Assembly (NCBI GenBank): GCA_033581555.1
Contig: JAVQSZ010000005.1
Span: 1-64,000, forward strand
Direction: 5' to 3'
DNA from: Nitrososphaerota archaeon
Lineage (GTDB): Archaea; Thermoproteota; Nitrososphaeria_A; Caldarchaeales; Calditenuaceae
Length of the DNA stretch: 64,000 nucleotides
The number at the start of each line of letters is the position of its first letter. The stretch's first letter is position 1. This document shows positions 46,594 through 56,118 of this stretch, piece by piece. The notes below the pieces were generated by a model. That model had not been told where the DNA came from. It made no database searches and saw nothing but the letters and a program-made list of their open reading frames with translations. The position numbers were made by a program, and so were the translations under genes.

Positions 46594-47584
46594 CGCCCCT
46601 CTCCTCCATCAACCAGCAGGCGACCAAGTGGTCCGAGTTGACCCTGAACTCCCTCGGGACCTCTACGTCGCACTTGCCCTTCATGAAGAACGGGCACCTC
46701 GGGTGGAACCTGCAGCCCGAAGGCGGGTTGATCAGGTCCGGAGGCGTCCCGGGTATGAAGGTCGGAGGCCTATCGGCCCTCAGCATCGGCACGCTCTCGA
46801 GGAGCAGCTTGGAGTAGGGGTGCTTCGGTTCGGTGTACACTTTGTCCGCGGGGCCGAGCTCGACGATCTTGCCCCCGTACATCACGCCTACCCTGTCGGC
46901 CAGCTCGCTGGCGAGCGCCAGGTCGTGGGTGATGAAGATGTAGGTCAGGCCCAGCTCCGCCTTCAGCCTCTTCAGCAGGTTCATGATGTTCGCCTGCGTC
47001 ATCACGTCCAGCGCAGAAGTCGGCTCGTCGAGGATGATCAGCTTCGGCCTGGTGATCAGCGCCATCGCGATGAGCGCCCTCTGCTTCATGCCGCCGCTCA
47101 GCTCGTGGGGGTACCTGTTGACGACGGACCTCTCAAGCCCCACCAGCTCGAGCGCCTCCTCGGCCCTCTTGAGCGCCTCCTCCTTCGGGACGCCCATGTT
47201 GACGATCAACGACTCAGCGACCTGGAAGCCGACCCTCAAGACAGGGTTGAGCGAGTTCATGGCCCCCTGGAAGACCATCGAGATCCCTCCGACCCTGACT
47301 CTCCTCCTGAACTCCTCGTCGTTCATCCGCATCAGCTCCATCCCGTCGAAGAGTATCGAGCCCCGGTACTCCGCAACGTTCCTCGGAAGGATCCTGATAA
47401 TAGCTAGGGCGGTTGACGACTTCCCGCTCCCGCTCTCGCCCACCAACGCCAGCGTCTCGCCCAACCCGACGGAGAAGCTCACGCCGTCGACCGCCTTGAC
47501 CTCACCGGCCCTCGTGGAGTACTTCAGCACCAGGTCGGTGACTTTGAGCAGAGGTTCGCCCGCCTCCGGACCCAAGGAACTCAC
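46586..47584 (-). CDS. oppD: Oligopeptide/dipeptide ABC ATPase (OppD/DppD)
   Basis: GESGSGKS, FQGAMNSLNP, YPHELSGGMKQR, DEPTSALD. Confidence 0.93.
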   Translation of the reverse strand: MSSLGPEAGEPLLKVTDLVLKYSTRAGEVKAVDGVSFSVGLGETLALVGESGSGKSSTALAIIRILPRNVAEYRGSILFDGMELMRMNDEEFRRRVRVGGISMVFQGAMNSLNPVLRVGFQVAESLIVNMGVPKEEALKRAEEALELVGLERSVVNRYPHELSGGMKQRALIAMALITRPKLIILDEPTSALDVMTQANIMNLLKRLKAELGLTYIFITHDLALASELADRVGVMYGGKIVELGPADKVYTEPKHPYSKLLLESVPMLRADRPPTFIPGTPPDLINPPSGCRFHPRCPFFMKGKCDVEVPREFRVNSDHLVACWLMEERGGG

Positions 47585-47805
47585 CCTCTGCGCGCGACGT
47601 ACCCGTACGCACCGTGGAGTCCTATCGCGAGCCCCGTCAGCGAGAGCGCGTACGCAGCGAAGCTGAGGAGGAAGTCCTTCTCCAGGAACCCGACGACCAT
47701 CATGAAGGAGAGCAGGAACCCTGAGACGAGCATCAGCCCTCCTATCGCGATCTGGGCGCCCTCGGAGAGGGCAGTGGTCCTCACCTCGCCCTCGTAACCG
47801 GCCAT
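47581..47805 (-). CDS. Small two-TM membrane protein inside the opp operon
   Basis: 74 aa, two hydrophobic helices, tightly packed between oppC and oppD. Confidence 0.7.
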   Translation of the reverse strand: MAGYEGEVRTTALSEGAQIAIGGLMLVSGFLLSFMMVVGFLEKDFLLSFAAYALSLTGLAIGLHGAYGYVARRG

Positions 47806-47810
47806 TTAGC

Positions 47811-49220
47811 CTAGACCTCCCTCAACCTCGGGTTAAAGATCTTGTCGAGCGCGAGGCCCAACGAGACGAAGCCGATCGCGGTCAACACCACCAGGAAGGA
47901 GGGCTCGAGGATCCAGTAGTAATATCCCTTGAAGAGCGAGCCGCCGTAGAAGGCGTCCTGGATCACCTTGCCCCACGTGGGCGTCAGAGGGTCGCCGAGC
48001 CCGAGGATGGCCAGAGCCGCCTCGAGGAAGACGAAGTCCGGCACCGCCAAAACTATAGGGGGTATCGCCGTCGGGAGGACCCTCGGTATCAGGTGGACGA
48101 AGACGATCCTCGGACTGCTGACGCCGTACGCCTTCGCTGCCTCGACATACGCCAGCTCCCTCAGCTGGAGGAACTGGGCCCTGTAGAACTTCACGCCCGC
48201 GCCCAACGATGAGAACGCAATCACCACGAGCAGGATCGACCAGATGCTCAGCTTGTAGAGCGTCTGGATCATGATCAAGACCGGGAGCAGGGGCAGGACT
48301 ATCACGATCTCGTTCACCCTCTGGACCACGTTGTCGAAGACCCTGCTGTACCACGCGCTAAGGGCCCCTATCGTTATCTGGGTGAGGGCGATCGAGACGG
48401 CGGCCACGACCCCGAACGCCAGCGCCACCGGGGTCCCCCAGAGGAGGGCAATCCCTATGTCGCGCCTCAGGTGGTCCGTCCCGGCCCAGCCGTAGACCTT
48501 ACCGTAGACTACGAGCCTCGCGTCGAAGTCTGACTGCGGGTCGAAGAACAGGCCCTCTATCATCAATCTGTACGTGCCCCTCATCACCTGGAGGGTCTCC
48601 TGACTCAGCATGGACGCGTCCTCGACGCCGAAGAGCACGATCGGCGCCGTAAGCTCATAACCTGGCCTCTGCCCGGTCTTCGCCTGTAGCCTGCTGACCG
48701 CCTCGGCCGTTATCCTCGGATCCGTCATCAGGTAATAGCTCCCGTTGCTGGCCACCGCGAACTTCTTCAGCTCGATCTGTGTGCCGTCCGGCTTGACCCA
48801 GGACATCGTCACCTGCGGCGGCGAGACCGCGTACCTCACCCTGTAGAAGACGTTGATCTCGGAGGGGAAGTCGTCGTAGTCGAACCGGAACGAGAGCTCC
48901 GCCTTGTACACCCTGAGCTGCTCGCCCGCCGGGACGACGACCTTTATCGAGCCGGGCCCCGGTTTTGCGGTGTCGACGACGATCGTCTCAGGCAGCCGCT
49001 TCTGGACTATCCACGAGTACCAGGTCGGGTATGCGAAACGTGGCGTCTCGACCCAGTGCAGCTCCCCGGCCCTCCAGAGCCTCACCGCCTCGTCATACGG
49101 TATCGTCACCATGGTGTAGACCGAGAGGACGACGAGTCCAGCGATTATTGCGATCCCTATGACCGCGGACTTGTAGGAGAGGACGAGCTTGAGGTTCTCG
49201 GAGATCCTTCCCGCCGCCAA
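47811..49220 (-). CDS. oppC: Peptide ABC permease OppC/DppC with large extracytoplasmic loop
   Basis: GTDHLRRDI, YVEAAKAYG, EAALAILGLG, YYWILEP. Confidence 0.92.
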   Translation of the reverse strand: MAAGRISENLKLVLSYKSAVIGIAIIAGLVVLSVYTMVTIPYDEAVRLWRAGELHWVETPRFAYPTWYSWIVQKRLPETIVVDTAKPGPGSIKVVVPAGEQLRVYKAELSFRFDYDDFPSEINVFYRVRYAVSPPQVTMSWVKPDGTQIELKKFAVASNGSYYLMTDPRITAEAVSRLQAKTGQRPGYELTAPIVLFGVEDASMLSQETLQVMRGTYRLMIEGLFFDPQSDFDARLVVYGKVYGWAGTDHLRRDIGIALLWGTPVALAFGVVAAVSIALTQITIGALSAWYSRVFDNVVQRVNEIVIVLPLLPVLIMIQTLYKLSIWSILLVVIAFSSLGAGVKFYRAQFLQLRELAYVEAAKAYGVSSPRIVFVHLIPRVLPTAIPPIVLAVPDFVFLEAALAILGLGDPLTPTWGKVIQDAFYGGSLFKGYYYWILEPSFLVVLTAIGFVSLGLALDKIFNPRLREV

Positions 49221-50285
49221 CTACCTCAACCCCGCCCTGATCCTCGGGTCGACGAGCGCGTAGACCAAGTCGAGGATGAAGACGGTGATCACCACGAGGT
49301 AGGCGTAGATGACTACCAGCCCTACTAGCACGGGCGTGTCGAAGATGTGGGCCGCCTCGTAGAAGAGCCTCCCGGTCCCGGGCCAGTTGAAGACCGTCTC
49401 GGTGATGATCGCGCCGGTCCAGGAGGCGACGAGCGTCAGGGAGAAGTCCGTTATTATCGGGGGCAGCGTCGGCCTCAGCACGTATCTCCTCCTCACAAGG
49501 TGCTCGGGAATTCCCTTGGCCTTCGCGACCTCGACGAAGTCCTCACTCGAGTAGATGAGGAAGAAGGTCCTCCTGCTGTAGATGCTGAAGAACGAGAAGG
49601 CGACGAGCCACGACATTATGGGGAGGATCATGTGCTTGAGGACGCTGAGCGCGTAGAGGAACCTATCCTCGGGAGGGGGAATGTCGACCATGCCGCCGTA
49701 GGGAAGGACCCTGAGCCACGAGGCGAAGACCAGGATCAGGAAGATGCCGTAGAACCACCCAGGTATCGCGGAGAGCGTCGCTAGGTAGGAGAAGGTCCTG
49801 TCCGTCTTGGTCCCGTATCTCCTGCTGAGGTAGAGGCCCCCGACGAGCCCGATCGCGAAGATCAGCATCTGCACTGTGGTGAAGAGGAGTATCGTGCTGG
49901 GTAGCCTCTCCAGTATGATCAACCTGACGCTCCTCGAGCCGGAGTCGCTGGTCAGGAACAGGGCCCTCCCGAGGTCGAGCGTTATCGCGTCCCTGAGGTA
50001 GATGAGGCTCCTGACGAAGAAGGGCTGGTCCAGTCCGAGCTCCCTGACCCTCTGGTTGAAGACCTCCATGACCAGCTGGTTGAAGGCGGTCTCGTTGAGC
50101 CCCCTGAACGCGGGGTTCTGCCTCAAGCTGGTGGAGACCTCGAAGAGCAGCTCGCCCTTCACGATCTCGTCGACGTAGCCCCCCATGTTCGCGACCAGTA
50201 TCGTGAGGTAAACGGCCACCACTACGGTGAGCATGAGAACACCAGCTCGCTTGGCCAAGTAAACGGCTGCGCCGGGAATCTTCAT
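49221..50285 (-). CDS. oppB: Peptide ABC permease OppB/DppB
   Basis: LGLDQP, ERLPSTILL, AKAKG, ITETVFNWPG.G. Confidence 0.93.
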   Translation of the reverse strand: MKIPGAAVYLAKRAGVLMLTVVVAVYLTILVANMGGYVDEIVKGELLFEVSTSLRQNPAFRGLNETAFNQLVMEVFNQRVRELGLDQPFFVRSLIYLRDAITLDLGRALFLTSDSGSRSVRLIILERLPSTILLFTTVQMLIFAIGLVGGLYLSRRYGTKTDRTFSYLATLSAIPGWFYGIFLILVFASWLRVLPYGGMVDIPPPEDRFLYALSVLKHMILPIMSWLVAFSFFSIYSRRTFFLIYSSEDFVEVAKAKGIPEHLVRRRYVLRPTLPPIITDFSLTLVASWTGAIITETVFNWPGTGRLFYEAAHIFDTPVLVGLVVIYAYLVVITVFILDLVYALVDPRIRAGLR

Positions 50286-50338
50286 TCAACCCAAAAAATG
50301 GGTCGTTGTGTTTATATAAGTTTCTGAAAATCCGGGGC

Positions 50339-53053
50339 TTACGAAGCCTTCCGTCCCCTGACGAGCGAGAGGCCGACGCTGGCTAGGGCTAGCACCAGCG
50401 CCAGTACCGCGAGGGCGGTGGTAAGCGTCAGGCTGCCCTGGACGTTCTGGACCGAGGTGTTGACCTCCCTGAGCTGCTGGCTCACCGCGTCCAGCGACGA
50501 CCTGAGCCCAGCTATCTTGGTGTCCGCGTCGGCCTTCGCCTTCGCTATCTCGCCGAGGATCGTGTCTTTGAAGCTGAGCACCGTGACGGGCGTGGTGACC
50601 GAGACCGGAATCCCCACGAGCTTCGAGACGACGATGGCCTCAACGGTCGCGGCACCGGTCGGCAGCAAGTAGGTCTGCTCAGGCTTCAGGACGATCCTCC
50701 AGAGGCCGTCGCTAACGGGCTCGGCCAGTCCGACCGACACACCGGCGGGGCTGGTAAGGATGTACTTGATGAAGGCGATGTCATCTGTCCTGTAGGGCCT
50801 GCCCTGGAACGTGACCGAGAGCCTCAGCTCAGTCGGGAATCCCTGCTCCACCGTCGGGACCTGCACGAACCTGGCCTCTGGGATCATCGGCGTCGCGAAC
50901 CTCGCCCACTTCTCCGCGGTGTCCGGGAACTCCCTGAACGCCTTCAGCACGACGATCTTAGCGGTGACGTCGACCCTGTCGAGGAAGAACGGTCCATTGC
51001 CCACGAGGAAGTGGCCCCTCGAGGCATGCCACGCAGCGAGGTTCCTGTACCTGGCAACCGCCTCCTCCCTCTTGACGTACTTACCGAGGACCTTCTCGAA
51101 CGGGATGTAGCCGGTCTCGATGGCCCTGTCGAGGTGCTTCTTCAGTATCGCAAGCGACGGACCCGCGAGGAGGTTCATCCACTCGACCTTGAGTTTGGTC
51201 GCCTTGGCGGAGCTGAAGGCCAGCTCTCCCGCAGCCTCCGCGAGGGCGCCTATCGCGACTACGTGCCACGGACCTGGGCCTTGCGAGTAATCGGTGAAGA
51301 ACCAGCCCGCAGCCTCCGCAGCTATCCACTCAGCGTCGAGGTAGATCCTGTCCGAGTAGACCTCGATGACGAGCGGGTTCTCATTGATTATCCTGAGCCC
51401 CTTGAAGACCTCCCTGAACTCCCTGAAGGTCGGCAAGTAGGACTCGTCGTAGAGCGGGCTGTTCTTGTCGGCCCTCTCGAACGTGAGAATGAACGAGAAG
51501 ACGATGTCGGCGATCGACATGGTGCTCCCGTCATGGAACTTGCGCTTGAACAGGTCGTCCTCGTAGTAAACCACCGTCTTGACCTTCGCCGTCGTGCCCG
51601 GCGGCGTAGTCACTATCTCTTGCTTAACCGCGTCCCACCCATACCAGGCGTCAGTCGGAACCGTTATCTCCGGCACGAACTTGAGCGTCACCCAGTCGAG
51701 CGTCACGCCGACCGGGTTCCCGAAGGTCACGAAGACATCAGCGCCCTTGATCCTTTGTGGCCAGTAGAGCCCCGTGAACGGGTCGGGCATGACCGCTGGG
51801 TCCGACGTGGCCCTCAAGTAGAACATGTCGAATATCCAGTTGCTGCCGGCCACCGGATTGACCGGGTCGACGAGCAGGTTGGTCGAGGCGATCTTAACCG
51901 AGCCGCCGACCCTGTCTACGTACCTGATCGTGTAGGGCCAAAGCCTGGAACCAGAGTAGCCGCCGGCCAGGTCATAGGTGACGGAGACCTCCTTCCTAGC
52001 AGGCCAGGGCGATATCAGGTGAACTAGCCAGACCCTCACGGAGTCCTTCATCGAGAGCGTCAGCGCCTTGCTCATCAGCTCGTCGCGCTCCGCAATAGTG
52101 GTGAAGTCTCTGTTCCAAAGGCGGCTCGCGACCTTGTCGAACTCGGGGTCGGGCTTGTATGCCTGCCAGAGCGGCACCGGCTGGCCCCTAGGCGTGTAGA
52201 AGAACCCGAAGTTGTCACCTTCGTCCCTGCTAATGGCCGTCGTGATCCATCCGCCGGTGTAGAGGTGCCACTGCCCCTCAGCAGGATCACCTCTCAACCA
52301 GATCGGCGCGGCCTCCCTCGCGGTCTTATACTGCCTGTCGACAACGAAGCCAATCTTCTCGAGCTGCGAGGAGATGTAGTCTCCTATCGGCCTCCTGGCG
52401 TCCTCGACCCTGATGACGAAGATCAGGGTGACAGGCTCGCCCTTGTAGTGCCACTTGCCGTCCCTGAGCTCGGCCCCTAGTTTCCTCATCTCTTCAGTGA
52501 TGATCGTCCTGGCCTTCTCGAAGTTGAACGAGTACTCCCTCTCTATCTGGCGGATCAGGTCGGCGTACCTCGCGTAGTCCGGGAACGAGGGCGTAAGGAC
52601 CGTGAACCTAGGTATCGCCATGCCACCCATGATCTCGTTAGCGATGTAGGACCTGTCGATCAGATAGTTCATTGCCTCCCTTATCCTCGGGACCGAGAAC
52701 GGGTTCAGCTTCTTGGTCTTAGGGAACTCGGGCCCAACGGGGTTGAAGGTCAGCTCGTAGTACAGCCCGTAAGACACCGCGTAGCGGAGGTCCGGCGACT
52801 CCCTTACCTTCTTAAAGTTAGCTGGGTCCCTTAGCGACCAGAAGTAGACGTGCATCTCGTTCTTGAGGAGCATGTCGATGGCCTTCGTCTCATCCGCCTC
52901 GATGAAGAAGCTGACCTCGTCGATCCATGGACCCTTCGGGGCCGCCTGCGCGTACGCAGGCGCGAAGGATGCCAAAGCCGTCACAGCGAGCATCGCGGCC
53001 ATCAGCATCGCGGCTGTCCGCCAACCTCTTCCGGATCCGGAGAACATTTCCAT
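50339..53053 (-). CDS. oppA: Peptide ABC substrate-binding protein (family 5) with C-terminal coiled-coil stalk and TM anchor
   Basis: Signal peptide ending AYA; NPFS...IREAMNYLIDR, FHDG....ADI, GNGPF; C-terminal heptads and hydrophobic helix. Confidence 0.9.
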   Translation of the reverse strand: MEMFSGSGRGWRTAAMLMAAMLAVTALASFAPAYAQAAPKGPWIDEVSFFIEADETKAIDMLLKNEMHVYFWSLRDPANFKKVRESPDLRYAVSYGLYYELTFNPVGPEFPKTKKLNPFSVPRIREAMNYLIDRSYIANEIMGGMAIPRFTVLTPSFPDYARYADLIRQIEREYSFNFEKARTIITEEMRKLGAELRDGKWHYKGEPVTLIFVIRVEDARRPIGDYISSQLEKIGFVVDRQYKTAREAAPIWLRGDPAEGQWHLYTGGWITTAISRDEGDNFGFFYTPRGQPVPLWQAYKPDPEFDKVASRLWNRDFTTIAERDELMSKALTLSMKDSVRVWLVHLISPWPARKEVSVTYDLAGGYSGSRLWPYTIRYVDRVGGSVKIASTNLLVDPVNPVAGSNWIFDMFYLRATSDPAVMPDPFTGLYWPQRIKGADVFVTFGNPVGVTLDWVTLKFVPEITVPTDAWYGWDAVKQEIVTTPPGTTAKVKTVVYYEDDLFKRKFHDGSTMSIADIVFSFILTFERADKNSPLYDESYLPTFREFREVFKGLRIINENPLVIEVYSDRIYLDAEWIAAEAAGWFFTDYSQGPGPWHVVAIGALAEAAGELAFSSAKATKLKVEWMNLLAGPSLAILKKHLDRAIETGYIPFEKVLGKYVKREEAVARYRNLAAWHASRGHFLVGNGPFFLDRVDVTAKIVVLKAFREFPDTAEKWARFATPMIPEARFVQVPTVEQGFPTELRLSVTFQGRPYRTDDIAFIKYILTSPAGVSVGLAEPVSDGLWRIVLKPEQTYLLPTGAATVEAIVVSKLVGIPVSVTTPVTVLSFKDTILGEIAKAKADADTKIAGLRSSLDAVSQQLREVNTSVQNVQGSLTLTTALAVLALVLALASVGLSLVRGRKAS

Positions 53054-53272
53054 TGCAGCAATAGTAAAATACGCCCTTACTTAAGTTTTGCTTACAATCC
53101 TAATGCGGGATTTCGGTGAAATCGATGGAAGGTCTGCGACCGAACACCAAGCGTGGGACCTGTAGGACGAGCCGCGTCGCCCGTAGACCCTCGCTCCTGA
53201 CGAAACGACGGCTCAAGGACGCCTCCCGTAAGCGACAGCTGCGGGTTACCTAGGGCCGGCTGGTCTTCACGG

Positions 53273-53279
53273 TTAAATA
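53273..53279 (+). promoter_or_regulatory. TATA box for tRNA-Tyr
   Basis: TTAAATA ending 24 nt before the tRNA 5' end. Confidence 0.6.
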
Positions 53280-53302
53280 CGGACCTCAGGAAGGTCTGGT
53301 GT

Positions 53303-53428
53303 CCCCCGGTAGCTCAGCCTGGTAGAGCGCCCGGCTGTAGGGTCAGGCCGTGGCCGTGGACCCGCCAGCCTACCAGGCCACACGACGCGGGGACCGGGTG
53401 GTCGCAGGTTCAAGTCCTGCCCGGGGGA
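53303..53428 (+). tRNA. tRNA-Tyr(GTA) with 52-nt intron at 37/38; CCA not encoded
   Basis: Acceptor CCCCCGG/CCGGGGG-A (C1:G72, A73), D arm GCTC/GAGC, anticodon stem CCCGG/CCGGG, T arm GCAGG-TTCAAGT-CCTGC. Confidence 0.95.
53341..53392 (+). other. tRNA intron with BHB motif
   Basis: CTGT pairs with GCGG (53387-53390); bulges AG/G and GG/A; inner helices GTC/GAC and GTGGCC/GGCCAC. Confidence 0.88.
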
Positions 53429-53528
53429 TTAGGTAACGCGCATATCCTGTTCCACAACTGGTGGTGGAGATCGAATAACGCCCAGTGAGTCATGTCCCTG
53501 TTGTTAGGAAATCAACCCATCACGTCAA

Positions 53529-53601
53529 GGCCGCGGGTGGGACTCGAACCCACGACCGCCGGGTCCACAGCCCGGAGTGCTGCCACTACACCACCGCGGC
53601 C
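53529..53601 (-). tRNA. tRNA-His(GTG) with genomically encoded G-1
   Basis: G-GCCGCGG...CCGCGGC-C; anticodon arm CCGGG-CTGTGGA-CCCGG; GTGGG-TTCGAGT-CCCAC. Confidence 0.96.
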
Positions 53602-53700
53602 ATGCTGTCCAGTAAATCATTCGCCCAGCTATGTATTTGATCTTGTGAGGATCTCAGAAACCGGGAAACGGGGTTAGACACCGCGGGTTCGTGGTGCGGG

Positions 53701-54042
53701 TCACTTGATGGCGTCGACTCCTGACTCGCCTGTCCTTATGCGTATCGCCTGATCGATCGGATGGACGAAGATCTTGCCGTCACCGATGTCACCCGTCCTC
53801 GCGGACTCCATGATCACCTTCACCGCTTTATCCACCTCTTCATCTGGAACGACGAGCTCGATCTTCAGCTTAGGCAGCATATCGACTCTGTACTCGTGGC
53901 CTCTGACCCGCCAGGATATGCCCAACTGCCGTCCCCTTCCCCTGACCTCGTAGACGGTTATCCCTACGAAGCCCGCCGACTCAAGCGCCCTCTTGACGTC
54001 TTCAAGCTTTTCAGGTTTTATTACAGCATGGACCATCTTCAT
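53701..54042 (-). CDS. glnK: Nitrogen regulatory protein P-II
   Basis: AVIKPEKL..VK.AL, V.GRGRQ.G, PKLKIE, TGDIGDGKIF, IRIRTGE. Confidence 0.96.
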   Translation of the reverse strand: MKMVHAVIKPEKLEDVKRALESAGFVGITVYEVRGRGRQLGISWRVRGHEYRVDMLPKLKIELVVPDEEVDKAVKVIMESARTGDIGDGKIFVHPIDQAIRIRTGESGVDAIK

Positions 54043-54052
54043 GGAACATCAC

Positions 54053-55291
54053 CTAGGACACATATTCTGCGTGTTGTGATATGTCAAGTCCTATGACCTC
54101 TTCCCGCGGTGGAACCCTAAGACCTATCGAGACGTCGATGAGCTTAACGATCAGCAACGTGACCACCGATGCGAAGGCCCAGGTCGCAGCTACACCGATC
54201 AGCTGAGCCGCTATCAATGAAGGGTTGCCTGCCAGCAGACCGTTGACACCTGCGGGGTTGATGGAGGCATCCGCGAATATCCCAGTCGCTATCGCTCCCC
54301 AGGTACCACCCACGCCGTGAACACCCCAGACGTCGAGCGAGTCGTCAACTCCGAACCTCTGCCGCGCGTTAACCGCGATTGAGCATAGAACTCCTGCAAC
54401 AGCACCTATGACCAGCGCGGACGAGACGCTGACGAACCCCGCGGCCGGAGTTACTGCGACCAGACCTGCGACCGCACCGCTGGCTGCAGCGATGCTGCTG
54501 AACTTTCCCCTTGTGTAGTAGTTCGCGATGAGCCATGAAACGGCACCCGCAGAAGCAGCGGCGTGGGTGTTCAGAAAAGCCTGTGACGCCAACGAGCCGG
54601 ATGCGAGCGCGCTGCCGGCGTTGAACCCGTACCATCCGAACCACAGGAGCGCAGCTCCCAAGATGACATAGGTCGGGTTACTTGGCTCAAAGGAGGAGTT
54701 GCCATAGCCGAGTCGCCTACCGAGAACGAGTGCAGCCACCAACGCCGACACTCCAGAGCTGATGTGGACGACTGTACCTCCCGCGAAGTCAAGCGCCCCT
54801 ATCCCCCTGAGCCATCCACCGCCCCCCCAAACCCAGTGAGCCAGCGGAGAGTAAACGAACGTCGACCAAGCGACGAGGAAGATCAGGAAGGACCCGAACT
54901 TGACCCTCTCCGCGAACGCACCCGCGATCAGCGCGGGCGTGATCACGGCGAACATCATCTGGTATATCGCATACGTTGAGTGTGGCACGGTCGCGGCGTA
55001 GTCGGGGTTTGGATCAGGGCCGACACCGTTCAGGCCGAACCATTCCAGACCACCGATGAGACCGAATCGATCAGGTCCGAAGGCCAGGCTGTATCCCCAG
55101 AGTATCCACACGATCGAGATGACGCCGACCGCGGCGAAGCACTGGAACAACGTCGATACGACGTTCTTCTTCCTCGCCAGCCCCGCGTAGAAGAACCCGA
55201 GCCCAGGCGTCATTATCATCACCATCGCCGTCGAGGTCAGCAGCCACGCAGTATCTCCCGTGTCCGTTCCCACGGACATCGACCCCCACAT
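54053..55291 (-). CDS. amtB: Ammonium transporter
   Basis: MTPGLGFFYAGL, DFAGGTVVH, LLWFGWYGFNAGS, DDSLDVWGVHG. Confidence 0.97.
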   Translation of the reverse strand: MWGSMSVGTDTGDTAWLLTSTAMVMIMTPGLGFFYAGLARKKNVVSTLFQCFAAVGVISIVWILWGYSLAFGPDRFGLIGGLEWFGLNGVGPDPNPDYAATVPHSTYAIYQMMFAVITPALIAGAFAERVKFGSFLIFLVAWSTFVYSPLAHWVWGGGGWLRGIGALDFAGGTVVHISSGVSALVAALVLGRRLGYGNSSFEPSNPTYVILGAALLWFGWYGFNAGSALASGSLASQAFLNTHAAASAGAVSWLIANYYTRGKFSSIAAASGAVAGLVAVTPAAGFVSVSSALVIGAVAGVLCSIAVNARQRFGVDDSLDVWGVHGVGGTWGAIATGIFADASINPAGVNGLLAGNPSLIAAQLIGVAATWAFASVVTLLIVKLIDVSIGLRVPPREEVIGLDISQHAEYVS

Positions 55292-55557
55292 CCGCGACCT
55301 CTAAATAAGAATTCGGGAGTCTATTGAGCAATTGTAGATCAGAAATCGGACTTTATGGATGAGTTTTTTAAAAATTTGTTAAAATTTTGAACAAACATCG
55401 AAAACATCAATCGAATTTGACTCGTGAAGAGGGCCTTTCTTTTGACGAACAGCTAGGGACCGACGAATTGCTCGGTCATTTAACGAGAAGACAGACGGAG
55501 AAGCCCATAGTTGTGAGGTACGGACCGATTAGGAGGCGCGGACGCCGCGCCGTAGTT

Positions 55558-55986
55558 TCAGGTTTTGGTCTTTGCGAGGCCGACCTTGTGACCGTACTGG
55601 GTGCTATGCCTTACGGCGCCGAGCACCTCCTCTGCGGTGGAGAGCATGAGAACCTTGTCGAGCTTACGTACGTAGACCGAAGCCCTCTTGACGCTGACGT
55701 TGAGCCTTTTCGAGAGCCTCACGAGGTCGTATCCGAGGGGCGTGTAAAACTCGGAGAGGTCGACTAGAGGTTCAGGGGGCGCGTAGTTCCTGATCTTGAA
55801 GTACGCCTCGAGCCACGCCGCGGCCTCCTCCCTGGACGCGACGTGCTTCCTACTCCACCTCCTCAGGAGGCTAGACTTCTCTGGGACCAGCTCGCACGCC
55901 AGCTCGGTCAGGGCCTCCCAAGTGGACTCGTGGCGCGGCTCGGAGAGGAAGGCCCCGTCGGTCGCGCAAACGATCAGCTTCGGCAT
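55558..55986 (-). CDS. Hypothetical protein with possible HTH
   Basis: ATG 55986 after GAGG; YDLVRLSKRLNVSVKRASVYVRKL segment. Confidence 0.65.
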   Translation of the reverse strand: MPKLIVCATDGAFLSEPRHESTWEALTELACELVPEKSSLLRRWSRKHVASREEAAAWLEAYFKIRNYAPPEPLVDLSEFYTPLGYDLVRLSKRLNVSVKRASVYVRKLDKVLMLSTAEEVLGAVRHSTQYGHKVGLAKTKT

Positions 55987-56118
55987 CCTCGAGGAGCCCG
56001 ACCGCCCCACTGAAAACGTTACTTCAAGCCCTCCGTTGAGGGCCCACCGGAGACGTCCAGCGACCTGCTGACTTGCCGGCGAAGGCTTTAATTGCCGAGG
56101 AAGACGATTGCGTCGGAA

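Noticed and set aside
53165-53215. Hammerhead-like elements (GTC site, CTGACGAAAC, stem GAGCCGCG/CGACGGCTC)
   Set aside because: Stem II is missing because CTGACGA and GAAA overlap, and stem I does not pair
53429-55560. tRNA-anchored integrated element, given AT-richer DNA next to two tRNAs
   Set aside because: No integrase and no duplicated tRNA end (att site) seen; cargo is ordinary amtB-glnK
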